The notes beneath the pieces were generated by a model, which saw only the letters and a program-made list of their open reading frames with translations, was not told where the DNA came from and did no database searches. This document shows, piece after piece, positions 49,290-62,032 of a stretch of 64,000 nt of DNA. A program made the translations under genes and the position numbers. This stretch comes from Balamuthia mandrillaris (taxonomy: Eukaryota): positions 62,001 through 126,000 of the forward strand of contig JAVKOQ020000100.1 of the NCBI GenBank assembly GCA_031835245.2. The letters are read 5' to 3'. How positions within the stretch are numbered: position 1 is the stretch's first letter; every line of letters starts with the position of its first letter.

Positions 49290-50187
49290 TTTTACGGTTC
49301 TTCTCATTTTCCCCGTTGTTTCGTTCAGTTTTCATGTTTTCAGAATGCATTCTGTGTACAAAAAAAGAGAATTTGAGCAGATCTCTTTCGTCTCTTTTCA
49401 TCGGCCAGATGTTTTAAGGTTCATTCACCCTCCACAGCGGGGCTCCATGCTGCTGGGCTCCAGATGAAGTGGCCTTTTCCTGAAAGTTTCTGGCAAAGAG
49501 AACGACGGCGATGGTGTTGAGGCTCGAGTTATGCTTCCCAACGGCAAGGCCGACATGCGTCCACTCCTGTTCAAACATGTCATTGCTGTGCGTTTTTTTT
49601 TTTGTTTCGGCAGCTCAGTACGTTTTGCTTGCTTTCTGAACAAAAAGAAGGAAGAGATACCGTTGGGTGCGAAGATCATCTCCATCGCATATCAACAAGC
49701 TGAAGAGCATGCCTTTGGCGTCACGGGCGCCCAAGGCGCAGATCTCAGCGGCGGTGCTGCCAGGTTCCATCCTGCCAAACTCTGAAATAAAAGCGGTGGC
49801 ATCTATCTCTCTGCTCCCCTCTTGTCCAAACTTGTTGGTTGCCTCTGCAAAGATGTTGCGATGTTTTGAACAAAAATATCATCAAACAAAGGAATAAAGA
49901 TGAGAATACCAACTCTTTGCGGCGAGGGTTAAGCCTTTGCTGAGAGTCAAAGCAGGAAGGCCACTGGTGCTGTTCAAAAAACTGATTGCTTCTTGGCACG
50001 CGGCGGCCCCTTCGTGGGTTTCCAATTGAACCCGCCGCTTGGGGTTGAGGGACGGCACGAGTGTAAGCAAACTGCCATCGTAGTTTGGTAACCGTTCTTC
50101 CTTGAGCAATTTAGCTATTGTAGTCGGCTCTGTCCTCGCTAGTTGCACTAAGCGGAACAGTTCCCTCTCATAGTCTACATGGCTCAT
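49290..50187 (-). CDS. CAP/SCP (PR-1-like) domain protein; 3' end uncertain
   Basis: ELFRLVQLARTEP..EGAAACQEAISFL..LPALTLSKGLTLAAK..AEICALG..LLICDGD..THVGLAVGKH resembles protist SCP-like proteins. Confidence 0.65.
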
Positions 50188-50387
50188 AAACAACACCTTT
50201 AGAAGATAGAAAGATAAAAAACAAAAAACAACAACAACAACAAACCATTCAGAGGTAAGCCTATTTCCATGGCAAAAGCGTTACACAGAGGACCCACCGT
50301 GTTCTTGTTGGCTTACTTTCTTCTTCTTTCGGCCTGGGGCGTCAGTTCGAAACCATACCCCGACGAACTTATTATGTCTATTTTATA

Positions 50388-50408
50388 TGACGTCACTTCC
50401 CGCCAAAA
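50388..50408. promoter_or_regulatory. CRE-like palindrome TGACGTCA next to an E2F-like site (TTCCCGCCAAAA) upstream of RECQL4
   Basis: TGACGTCA at 50388-50395 and TTCCCGCCAAAA at 50397-50408, about 105 bp before the RECQL4 ATG in the divergent intergenic region. Confidence 0.4.
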
Positions 50409-50511
50409 TGCTTCCCCAAAAAAAAACCCCTCCAGAACTTCTGTTTTTCAAACAGTTGGAACAAAGCGAAGCTGTGTGGTTGGGTGGTGGTTCGGTCGGC
50501 CAAGAAGAAAA

Positions 50512-52286
50512 ATGGAACAGCTGCGGAGAGAGCTCAAGGCTTGGGAGCGGGCGTTTCAAGATAAGAAAGGTCACAGGCCCACCAAAACGGACATTAAGAG
50601 CCAACCCGAGATAGGTTCGTAAAAGGATCGCGTGCCTATTTTTTTTCTCCCCCTGCCAGCCCGTTTGCTGATGATTTGGTTTCGCCTCCTCTTCTTATCA
50701 GCAAAGAAATTCCAGCTCTACCGCCGACTGAAGCATGAGGAAGAACAAAGAGAGAACCATCCACCTTCTCGCTTAAGTGTTATTGCTATGGACTCTCCCA
50801 ACCAGGGTTTCTGCGAAACCACCCACAGCATATGGAAGCCTCCGACAGGAGGCACACGCCTCTTGCGACAGAACTCTGCTCGCTCTTTTTCCAGTAACTC
50901 AAATAGTGAGCAGGTTCGCCGCCGACGCACACAGAAAGCGGAAGAGATCGCAGGCTCACCGCTTGCTCCTACACTGGAGCCGCTTTCGTTGGTCGCCATA
51001 TCGTCTCCTGACCTGCAGCAAGCAGAAGAGCAAAGCAAGGAGCAAGGCAAACCCATTTGCATTGACGCCATATTTGACGTGGTTACTGCAACCACTACGA
51101 AACGCGTGGCCACTTCCAAAAGGAGAGCGGCACGCAGTCTGAAGAGCTTTATCTCTCCTCCTTTTGCTCCAAACTCTGCTCTATCTTCATCATCGTCTTA
51201 CATTTCGGCAGACTGGTCCTCCAATGTTTCTTCGTTTGACGCTTCCTCTGCTGCTGCTGCTGCTGATGCTTCTTTTTGTTCTTCTTCTTCGTCTTCTTGT
51301 TCTTCTTCTTCTTCTCACAAGCGAAAGAGAGCAATTGAAGAGGAACAAACAGGCGGCGAGGAGCAGCGAAACACAGAAACAAAGGATTCGAAGCAGATGG
51401 CGGCAACTCCACCAAGAGCATCTCCGCTTCTGAAGCGACAAAGGCCAAATGGCACCTCCCCAATGGTCTCGTCTAGGCTAACCTCGCTCCTGAGAGAAGA
51501 GGAGGAAATGGTACAAGAAGAGGCAAAAGAATCAGAAGATGATAAGCCGTTGTATAGAAGAAAAACTCGACGGAACAAACGAACGGCAATAAGTTACCGA
51601 AAGTGGAAACGAAAACGACATGTTTTGAGGTCTTATCTCTTTCTCACTCACATACACTCTCTCTAATGTTCCTGGAATTGCTAATATTAGCACAACAGCC
51701 ATCGCAAGTCAAGTAGGCAAAAACAGAAAGCAAAGCAAGAACACGACAAAATCGCCACAAAGAATGAAGAGGAAGAAGATGTGGATGAGGCGGAATGGAT
51801 GGAGTTGGCGAGTGCTGCAATTGCAGAGAATGCGTTTCGAGGTGCTAACAGCACTGCACCCGAAGCAGAGCAAAACTCAACATCGTCTAGAATTGGAACG
51901 AATCCTAGTAGTCGAGACATTGAGGCTTGTCTTTCAACTGATTCTTTGCGTGCATTGTTACGAAGTCACTTCGGCTTTACTTCTTTTCGGCATGGTATTG
52001 TTGCTCTAGATTCCGCTCTTTCTATGCGATTTGTAAATGCTGAATCCACATACAGGGCAGGAAGAGGCGATACGACGATGTGTAAAGGGCTTCTCAACGG
52101 TACCTATTGTCATTTGCTTTTTTTCCAATTTGTACCATGTTAAGTTTGGGGTTTTGTACGCTGGCAAAAGCTGGTGGTGACGCCTACCGGAAGCGGGAAG
52201 TCGCTCATTTTCCAATGTGCTGCTATTCTGTTCAAGCAAATTTACGGTCCATCGTTAGTTCTAGTTATAGTGCCGCTGCTATCTTT

Positions 52287-52325
<39 letters not shown>

Positions 52326-54852
52326 CACTCTCTGAATGTTGTTTCTTACCTTCAACTCGGATAATAGTCAAGACTTGTTGAAAAACTTACCTCCTTCATT
52401 ACGGGGTGGAACGCTCAATAGCCAGCAATCTGAAGAACAAAAGACAGAGGTAATGAAAATGTTACGAGCCGGAGAGATTGACGTGTTGTTTATCTCTCCA
52501 GAGCGACTGCTGAGCAGTTCATTCATCAATGCATGTCCCTACTTTCCTCCCATTCGATTGGCGGCCATCGACGAGAGTCATTGGTAGGCTATTGTCATTC
52601 ATCAAGCCAAATATTTCGTTTCAACTAACAAACAACCCACAAACAAAACAGCGTTACAGAGATATCTCACAACTTTAGACCATCTTACTTGCGGCTGAAG
52701 CCTGTGTTGCGCAACCTATTGAACGTACCGAGTATTCTTGCTCTTACCGGTACATTCACCTTTTTTTGTTCCCTTTCGAACATCTAACAGCTTGCTAACT
52801 TTTCTTGAACACCAAAGCGACGGCTAACAAAAGCACACAAGAAGCCATCTTGAAAGCACTAGCAATACCTAATAATAGCAATGATGGCCATTCCACAGGA
52901 CTGATACTGGCACCTTCTCCTCTATGCAACAATCTCCGTTGCACTGCGTCAAAAGATATTGAACGGCTCTCTACTCTTGTGTCATTACTTCAGAGTCCAC
53001 GCTTTTCATCCGCTACCAGCATCATTGTGTATTGTCCCACACAGAAACAGACCGACCAAGTGGCTACCTATCTATCGTATGTTGCCTACTTCTGTTTTTG
53101 TAATGTTATCTCGTTTTTGTTTGTTCGTTTTTGTCTTTCCTTCTCGTTATGGCGGTGTTTGCTTTGCTCATCAGTTGCTGTTACCTGACAGCTCACATGG
53201 ACTGATTGCAGCCTCATACCACGCTGGAAAGTCAACAGGTTAGTTTGTAGTTTATTCTGCATGGCTTCCATTTCTTACTCGTATTTCTTTTCGCAACTTT
53301 GCAGCGGAGCGTTCGCGCCTGCAATCTCGCTTCCTTAACAACAAGCTTAAGATAATGGTGGCCACAGTGGCATTTGGAATGGGCATAAACAAGCCTGATG
53401 TAGACGGTACGTTTAAAACAAACAAATATTTGCATTCTCTAGGGTTGTCTTACCTTATACTTGTTTTTTTCAGCGGTGATTCACTTTGGGCTGCCTGCTA
53501 GTTTAGAGCACTACATTCAAGAAATAGGTAGAGCAGGCAGGGATGGAAGACAAGCTGAATGTCATGTCTTTTTTGGTGCAGAGGACTATGCTCGGTTATG
53601 CTCTCTTTCGCACACAGACTCGGTGGACGAAAGCACGGGTTCAGTCCCTTCTTCTCCTTCTCGCTCTCTCCTTAAACTGTTCGGCTGATACGTTTGCAAA
53701 ACCAGTGAAAGCATTGTTAAAGCGACTATTTGGAACTGAGGGACCTTCTATAAGCGGAAAGCTATTGGCAGTAGGAATGGAGGATTGTGCAACGCAGCTC
53801 GACATCAAAGCAGAGGTTATTGGTACGCTGCTTGCTCACGTAGAAACGGAAGGTTATCTCCAAATGCTTCCGGCAGGCAACGCCATATGCAACCTCAGTT
53901 TTTACAAGCGAGAGCCCAAAGAGCTGGCCAAACACAACCGCCTCATCGCAGCAATACTGCAAGACAACAACACCAAACATAAGGGAGGTTCTTACAGGGT
54001 CGACCTCGCTTCCGTCTTGAACAGCAGCCAAGAGCTGGTGGAGGCAGGAATAGACATTAGCATGGTCTTCCAGGAGCTGTGGCGCCTCCATATGGAAAAG
54101 GAAATAACGTACACTCTCGAAGACAAGTCTTTCTTTGTGCGGATATTAGGTTTGTAGTTTGTGTCTCCCGTTTGTTGTGTGGTGGCAATACTCGCTAACA
54201 AGAGGCGTTTGGGCAGATGTACCAATGGACATTGATGCTCTTAGCCAGCGATGCTTTGAGAAAACCGAAAGACTGGAGCAATGCAAACTGCGCAAGCTCA
54301 GTAGCATTTACAAGGTGATGGAATCAGTTGCATTCAGCTCGTTTGAGTCAGCTGCTTCTCTTTCGGAGGAAGTTACAAGCAAAAGTATGTTTTATGTTAC
54401 TTCCATCTTTCCATGAGTGACCTTAACTAATGTTGTTGTAGGTGGACTGCTGCACGAACTCATCAGTGAATACTTTACCTCTTTGCAAACCAATGGAGCA
54501 GAAACTGAAGAAGCGGAGGTTGTGGGCTCTGAGAAGCAAATGCCGTTGCTACGAAGTGACATCAAAGTGTTCTTGCGTTCTCACGATGGTCAAGTTAAGA
54601 CTGGAAGGCAAGTGGCCAAAGTATTCCACGGTTCGTTTCCTTTCTTTCAAAGACACGCGGTATTATCCTTTACTTAGCTGTGTCACTTCATGTTGCACAG
54701 GCCTTGCTTCTCCGCAGCTACCACAAAGTGAATGGGAACAGAACTACTTTTGGGGAAAGTATCGCGATGTATCTTTCAACCACATCCGCAAGATGGCCAA
54801 CGAGGAGCTGGTCTCGCGTCGTCAATCTGCTCGCCTAACTGAACATTACTAA
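50512..54852 (+). CDS. RECQL4: RecQ4-family DNA helicase with an N-terminal Sld2-like domain
   Basis: Sld2-like LKAWERAFQDKKGHRPTKTDIK..YRRLK; Walker A PTGSGKS; SPERL; DESH; ALT/ATA; VATVAFGMGINKPDV; YIQEIGRAGRDG; C-terminal GRQVAKVFHG..SP..FWGKY. Confidence 0.92.
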
Positions 54853-54889
54853 ACAAAAAACACGGAAAGAAACGTTTCTTCTCGTATTT

Positions 54890-57077
54890 TTATTCTTTAT
54901 AACGAGAAGAGGCTGGTATTGCCGACCACAATGATCCCAACAGTAACAAAGACAATATAGCAACAGCAAATAGCACCCAGAAAAAAGCAGACCAGCCGAA
55001 GCCTAACACTATGCTGCCCGCTGGCAACCCTGCCAAAGTGGTTCCTAATCCTGACCACATTCCACATACCCTTTTTGAAGAAAAAGATTTGTGAGCAGAC
55101 GCTTGCAAAGCAGTACATTGACAACAGAAGGTACCCTTGGGCAGTGGCGCGGGCACGAGAATCGGCTAGTTCCACTGCATGTAGACCTACCAACTGAGAG
55201 AGAGAGAGAGAGAGATTACAACAGAGTTTCCGCTATTATAAGGAGAGAAGATAAAGGGTACCGTTTTGGGGCCATAAATAAAGAACCCAAAGATGAAGAG
55301 AGAAACGGATGTCATGGTGGCGCTGTCGGAATGCTGCATGGTGGAGATAAGAAATAGGATAAGAGGGATACAGAAAATAGCAGTTGGTGGCAATTCAGCC
55401 ATATTACCCACAACATCCAAAAAGAAAATAGAGCTCCAAGCATGAAGATCACGTTGGTTGGACCTCGCTTTCCTTTGGTAACGGCATCAGAGAACATGCC
55501 AGATCCTGATGCACCAAAGATGCCTCCAATCTCCAGCCAAAATAAACAGCCACCTGCCAATACTATGCTAAATCCCTTTTGCTCTACTAGAAACAGCGTC
55601 ATCCTGTTGAGATTCTTAGACCTATCCATTTTCCAAAAGAGAGAGCGCGCGAGAGCCTACGCACCAATCAGCGATACTTGATCGCACAACATTGACGAGG
55701 CAGCATGCCACACCCAAACGCAATAATTGAGGTTCCAAAGCACCCAGACGAACGCCATCCACGAATGAAAGAGCATCCCTTGCTGATTTCTTTTTATATA
55801 CATTATATGAATCTGCATTGTGTAAATGCTCAAAACGACGTCACTTTAAAGATGAAAAACAACAGAACTTACCAATGGGGGCATCCACTGGAGGAAGGCC
55901 CACTGCTCTAGGCGAGTCCTTCAAAGTCAACCATAAGCCCACTGCCACCGCAAATGAAATAACACTAGGCACTACCATTGCCATTCGCCAGCCATAGCTT
56001 GTGTGCAACAACGACAGTTAACAATACGCGGAATCAATAGCAAACAAATAATTCGCAAGGCGAAGGAACAAACTGTTGGGCACAGAAGCTGGCAATTAGT
56101 GCGATAATGGCAGCACCTGCGCTCTGGCTTGTGCTAGCCAGTCCATATACACTCCCTCTGTTCTGTAACAATCACCGCACCGCGCCAAAAGGTAAGCTTA
56201 GGAAAACGCAAACCAAATAAATCAAACTCGAATAGTACCGTTGCGGGAAACCATTCCGTCAACAAAAGTGTGATTGGCGCCTGTTACAAGAAGAGTTTTG
56301 GTAAAGAACATTATTAAGGTGGGAGGGGGGCTCGTTACCCAACCACCGCTCTGGATAAGCCCATTAAAAGACCACACTATCACAAATACCGGAACCGAAT
56401 AGGCAGCAGCCATCCCCACATTCGACAGCCTAAACGGGTCACGTGTGGATTCTTAGCCCCAAATAAAGAAAGAAAAAATGGAAAGAAACAAAAAGGAAAA
56501 GAGAATGAAGGTGCTTTGGTGTGGTACCAACCCACAAAGGCAGAGACCATAGACCAAGGCCACAGTGGGAGAGACCCTGTCAGCAAAGTAGCCAACAAAA
56601 ATCTTGCCGAGAGCATAGCTGAGTCCCATTCCGCTGTTGATCACTCCTATCTGGTTTCATGGCAAGACAAAGGCTGCAGTTAACAACACTTCCCCTGTGT
56701 CCCCTACAACAACCAATAAGAAGGAACAGACAAACCTCGGCTTTGGTGATGTTGGGCAGGTTTGGATCTTCAATGACGCTGGGTATCACAAACGTGAAGC
56801 TTTTCCTGGTGAAATAGTAGCAAGTGTACCTGTTGTTGCAGTTGTTTCAACCAACCCTCTTCAGTTTAACTTCTACGTCCTTCTGCTGCAGATCCAAACA
56901 GGAAAAATAAAAGGAGAGAATGAACAAGGCTAACCCTACGTAAAGGCCCAAGAAAATGCAAAGCTGCCATCGCCGCATTCTCGTGGCGGTGGCGCCGTTC
57001 GACTCGAGAAGCGTAGGAGGAGAGGAAAAGCCTCCATGGTGTCCAGTGCCACCAACGCCCGGCAAAGGGTGGAGCAT
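54890..57077 (-). CDS. MFS organophosphate:Pi antiporter (GlpT/UhpC/SLC37 family), multi-exon
   Basis: YYFTRKSF, SYALGK..GYFADR, NGLIQSGGW, WFP..RG, GFFIYGPKTLVGL.AVE and ATAQG..GTTLAGLP motifs; multiple TM segments. Confidence 0.88.
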
Positions 57078-57438
57078 GGCCGAGGAGGAAGAGGGGGAGG
57101 AGGCGGCGGTGATGGTGGTGATGGTGGTGGTGGTGCTTGGAGGAAAAGAGGCAAGGCTGCCTCTAGCTTGTCTTCTTTGTCATTCCAAAGGGAATTTGTC
57201 CACCCTTGGTGCACAAATTGTGCAGGGGCCGAAGGGCGTCGGCATAAAATAAGCACGAGGGGTACATCCGGAAAGAGAACGGAAAACACACCGATACACC
57301 GGCCGAAAATTATCGATATTTTCTTTTTTTTTATTTCCTTTTCTTTTACGTAGCGAAAAGCGAAGAGCAGCTCCCTCCTCCTCCTTCTTTCCTCTTCTTT
57401 TTTTTTCCCCCCCTTTACGTCCCCCCTCTGATCACCAA

Positions 57439-57940
57439 ATGGCTGAGGAATCTACGCCCAACCCAAAGGCCTTCCCGATGGCCGACTCCCAGCTCACAGT
57501 GGGTTTGCTGGACCTGGTGCAACAGGCAGCAAATTACAAGCAGCTGAAGAAGGGCGCCAATGAGGCCACCAAGACCCTTAACCGCGGCATTGCGGAGCTC
57601 ATCATCATGGCTGGAGATACCGAGCCTTTGGAAATCCTCCTCCACTTGCCTCTTCTTTGCGAAGACAAGGTACCTCCCTTTTTTTTGTTTGTTTGTTTGT
57701 TAGTGTGTACCGGCACTCTCGGAGTTGTTGAGACTAACGGCTTTCTTCCTTTTTGTCGGTTCTTTCTTTCCACTCCGACCACAGAACGTGCCCTACGTGT
57801 TTGTTCCTTCCAAGGCAGCTTTGGGAAGGGCGGCTGGTGTGTCCAGGCCGGTCATTGCCATCTCCATCACCAGCAATGAGGGCTCCCAATTGAAGAACCA
57901 AATCTTGAAGATGAAGGACGCCGTGGAGACGCTGATCTAA
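57439..57940 (+). CDS. SNU13: Snu13/15.5K (NHP2L1) kink-turn RNA-binding protein
   Basis: [63 protein letters not shown]; intron 57670-57784. Confidence 0.96.
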
Positions 57941-58242
57941 TAAAAAACGATCTTTGTCTGTCTATCCCTCTGTATTTTTTTTTCCTCTCCCCACTTCAGC
58001 AGCGCTGGTTTTGTCCAACAAATATTGCTCCTTCGGTCACCGTCACCACCAGTGGTGTGCTCATTTGAGCCTTCCCCCCGTCGCCGCTATCAATAGCTGG
58101 CCGATAAATTGTGACTGTGGGGGGGGGGGGGGTCTTCTCCGCTGGCCTGCCTGGGCTTCTCCTCTATCCAATAATTATCGCGGAGCGTTTGATAGCTCTC
58201 TCTCTGCTACACAAAGCAAGCAAGAAAGCCAAGCAAGAGCAT

Positions 58243-59043
58243 ATGGAACAACAGAGTCAAGCCAAGTACCACGCGGCTGCTGCTCCTTCCTCCTCCCAGC
58301 AACAGCCCTTGCCACCGCTGCCTCAGGGGGCTGCTGCTGGCTACCAACAGCAGCCCCTGCCGCCACTGCCACAAGGGGGTTACTACTACGCAGCACCGCC
58401 CCCGCAACAAGGAGGCCAGCCCGTCTATTATTACACCCCAGCACCAGCAGGAAGCGGAGGAGCCCCCCCTCCACAAGCCTACTATTACGCCGCTGCTGGC
58501 CAACAGCAGCAGCCTGTTTACTATGCCGCCCCTCCGCAGCAGCAACAGCGTCAGCAGCCACAACAACAAAGAGGACGAACGGTAGCTGCTGAGGACTACT
58601 CCACCTCAGAGGAAGAGGAGGACGGGAGTGAAAGGGCTCCCTTGTATTATGGTCAAGAGGGAGCTGCAAGTGGAAGTGGCATACCTCCTGCTGGTGCTTA
58701 TGGTGGAGGCCCTGCTGCTGGTGGTGCTGGCCTAAGCGGATCGGGCCACCATGGAGTGCGTGATGGTGCTTCTAGGGTCAAGCATAAGATCACAGGCTCT
58801 CTGGAGGTGTTTGACTTGCCGCCAGAGGAACAGCTGGTTCGTTCGTTTAAGTGCAGGAAAGGCATCAAAGTGGGTCATCTCTACGTTACCACCAGCCATC
58901 TCTGTTGGGACACCCTTGTTTCTGGATTTGGCACTCGCCTTGTAATTCGGGTTCGTTCCTGCCACTTGTTTAAAACCCTCGCCTTCGCCTTGTCATTCTC
59001 TTCTTTCTTGTTCCTCTTTTTCTTTCTTCTTCTTCTCTTTGTT

Positions 59044-59100
<57 letters not shown>

Positions 59101-59461
59101 ATATGGGGAGAAGGCTGACTCGCTATGTTTGGTAGATGAGCAGCATTGGTTCAATCAAGATGAAGAACGACATCGAAATCAAAGTAAAACTTCCTATGGA
59201 CCCCTCCAAGAAGAAACAGGTAATCTTTTCTGTGAGTCTCTTTGTGTGTTCATGTGCGTGTTCATTCTCACCATGAGTTTTGTGGTTTTTTTTTTTAAAA
59301 AAAAACAGAAACAAAAGTACAAGACATTCACGTTCAGCACCTTCAAGAATCAAGGCAGACGCCGGGAGGCATACGACCTTATCCTTGAGCAAGCCAAGAA
59401 GAACGGACTTGACTTCCCTCACCACCCACCTCAAGGCACCAGCTCTGGCGAACGTTACTAA
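58243..59461 (+). CDS. GRAM-domain protein with a Gln/Pro/Tyr-rich N-terminus
   Basis: FDLPPEEQLVRSFKC...GHLYVTTSHLCW..FTFSTFKN..R.EAY fits the GRAM/PH-like pattern; PQY-rich low-complexity N-terminus. Confidence 0.75.
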
Positions 59462-59679
59462 CAAGCAAGCAAGTAAGCAACCTTTGGTACCCCCTTATTT
59501 TTCCAGTTTGTGCACTTAACAACAGGATGGACCAACAATCATCATCAGTAGCACTTCTTTAACTGTTCTTTTATGTATTCAGAAGTTGTAAATGGCCTGG
59601 AAGTAGCTTAAACTATTATGCTCTCATCTTTCTTTTCTTCTTTTACAACATGGCCATCTTGTCTTCTTTCCAAGGAAGC

Positions 59680-60290
59680 TCACCTGACTACCAACACAGG
59701 TCTATCCGCATTGTTGACGAGGTAATTGCTTACGGAGCCCAGCAGCATCCGTTTGATGGCGTTGAGGCCCCTGGACCCCACCACTATGCTATCCACGTTC
59801 TCTCTCGCGGCAGCCTCCAGTATGCCCACCCTCACGTCCTCCGTCACCTCCTCCTTCAGTTCGAGTTGCTTTGCACTCAACTTCACCAGCGAAACGCGTT
59901 AGAAGACAATCGAAGAGAAGAGAGCAAACAAGTTCGAAAACGAAGAAGAAAAAGAAGAAGAAGAAGACGAACCCCAAGAGCCTCCAGTCGGATCTTGCTC
60001 TCAAAGAGAAGGTTCTGGACGTAGTTTTTTCTGTGCATGATCTCCTGTTTGGTGAGGTCATTGCTGATGGCTGTTAAGCTGCCTTCCTCTTCCCCTTCCT
60101 TGGTAGTGGAAGGGGTGGTTGGGGTGGAGGGAGCCGCAGTGGTGGTGCCGCGCACCGAGATGAACTCGGAGGGAAGGGTCCACAAGGACATGACCAAGAT
60201 GTGGTCCTCCCCTTTCTTGGCCATTCTTGCCAGGAACTCCAGCGCCTTGAAGCTTGGCTCTGAGCCATCCACACATAACATGTACTTCAT
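59680..60290 (-). CDS. Universal stress protein A (USP) family
   Basis: MLCVDGSEPSFKAL..., VVGSRGLNAIKRMLLGSVSNYLVNNADRPVLVVR; one intron. Confidence 0.92.
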
Positions 60291-60531
60291 CTTTTTTTTT
60301 TTTTTGGAGTTGTTGTGGTTTGTTTCTTGTTTTTACTCTCTTCGAAGGGCAATAACAGAGAACGGAGCGCTTTCACTTAGGGGGGAACCGCCACAACCCG
60401 AGAAGGCGTGTGGCAGAGCTAGAGGTGCCTCAAATCGATAGAAACTAGACAGAAACAACAACTAAAGGTCCGTTCATTGATCAGCAGATGTGATTGGTGG
60501 TTCTCTCTCTCTCTCTCTCTCTCTTGCTCTC

Positions 60532-61610
60532 TTATGCGGAGGAGCAGGGAGCCATGTCCGAGACGTCAAAGGTAGCTGGGTCAATGCCAACGCCCCACTC
60601 CTCATCGTCCTCCCAGCTCAGGAATGTGAACCCCTTTCGACCAGGATATCCCAACCACAACGGCGGTGGCTTTTGTTTTGGTTGTTCGGGAGGGGCCTCC
60701 GCTCTCCCCACCGCGTCCGCTGCGGTTTTCTCCTCCTTGTGCAGCTTTTCGGTGAGGTAGTGCAGGGGGAGCTTGTCCAACTCTTCGTCAAACCCTTTGG
60801 TCAGAGAGAAGAACATGCTGAACACGACGCCATCCCAGCGACCTCCTTTGCTGCGACGGCTCCACCGCTCCGCCCGCTTGCAGTTGAAGTGCTCGAAGGA
60901 GGCTTGGCGGCCATCCGGGTGTGTGTCGTGAGGCCGGACGGGCCGCATGCTGCGCATCCAGTCCGGAGGCGGCACGCTGTTCGGGCGATGTAACTTTATG
61001 CATTGCAACTGGCTCCATCCATTTGTTTCCTTTGGAAAGAGAACGTAGAGGTGGTCCTGTGCGTGGTGAATGCACCTTCAGCAGGGTTCAGATAATAAAA
61101 AACAGAAGTGTGTGAGGAGAGCGGAGACAGTTGTCAGCGTAGCATTCAAACCTTCTTCCAAATCAAGCTAGTAAAGACGGGTTGAGTGAGAGGGTGAGCT
61201 TCAGACTCGCCAGCACTGGTGCGGGAAGGCTTCCAGTAGGACGGTGGCCAGGACAACAAGCTATCCCTCCTCATCATGCGGTTCGGCCAGTCATAGTAGA
61301 TAATGCTACTGCCGTTCCAATCATCAGCATATCCCATGGCGATGAAACTGGAGGGCCACATGGGTGGTTGTTCTGCTTCCTCGTCGTCCTCACCCTCCTC
61401 CTCCTTGGCTGTGTGCCTAAACCGCAGTTCTGGCTCTACCTCCAGTTCTCCATCCTCTCGGTACTCATACTCCAACCATATGTACTCCGCATCGTCTTGC
61501 GCAACTGCCTCGCTCAAAGGGCACAGTGGACAAAGACAAAGGTATGACAGTGCCAGCGCAACCACAAACCATGGTGCACAGCCACCTGTCCACCGGCTCT
61601 CCCTCCCCAT
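60532..61610 (-). CDS. Secreted/lysosomal ependymin-related (EPDR-like) protein
   Basis: Signal peptide; PPMWPSSF, IYYDWPNRMMRRD, C..L..P..PPDW and C-terminal IDPATFDV..C pattern typical of EPDR/LolA-fold proteins. Confidence 0.55.
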
Positions 61611-62032
61611 TTTTCTCCTGTTGTCCAGCCACCACCTTCCAAGTGAATTCCCCGTTCGTTCAAAAACCTTCCCCACATGCAAACAAAAGGTTCGCGACGG
61701 GAACTATTGAAGGGTATATCTCCCTTTTGGACATACACCCTCCGCCGCTCTTCGTCCTGCAATTCAAAGGAGGGAAGAGGCGCAGCTAAAATCTTAATAG
61801 GGGGGTGACGTCACCGCCAATGCGCTAATATACCGCTATATTAGTATTATCATATTAAGAAACAGGGGGAAAGGGAGGCACCGTAACGTAACTGCTGTCA
61901 CCGCTACACCGCCTCCGAGGATAATTACGCTAAGCCTTCTTCCGCACACAAGAGAGAGAGAGAGAGAGAGAGAGGCAGTGGGCTCTGGGCGGTGGTGTGC
62001 AACGCGTGAACGACGTCGGAAGAGGAACAAGA

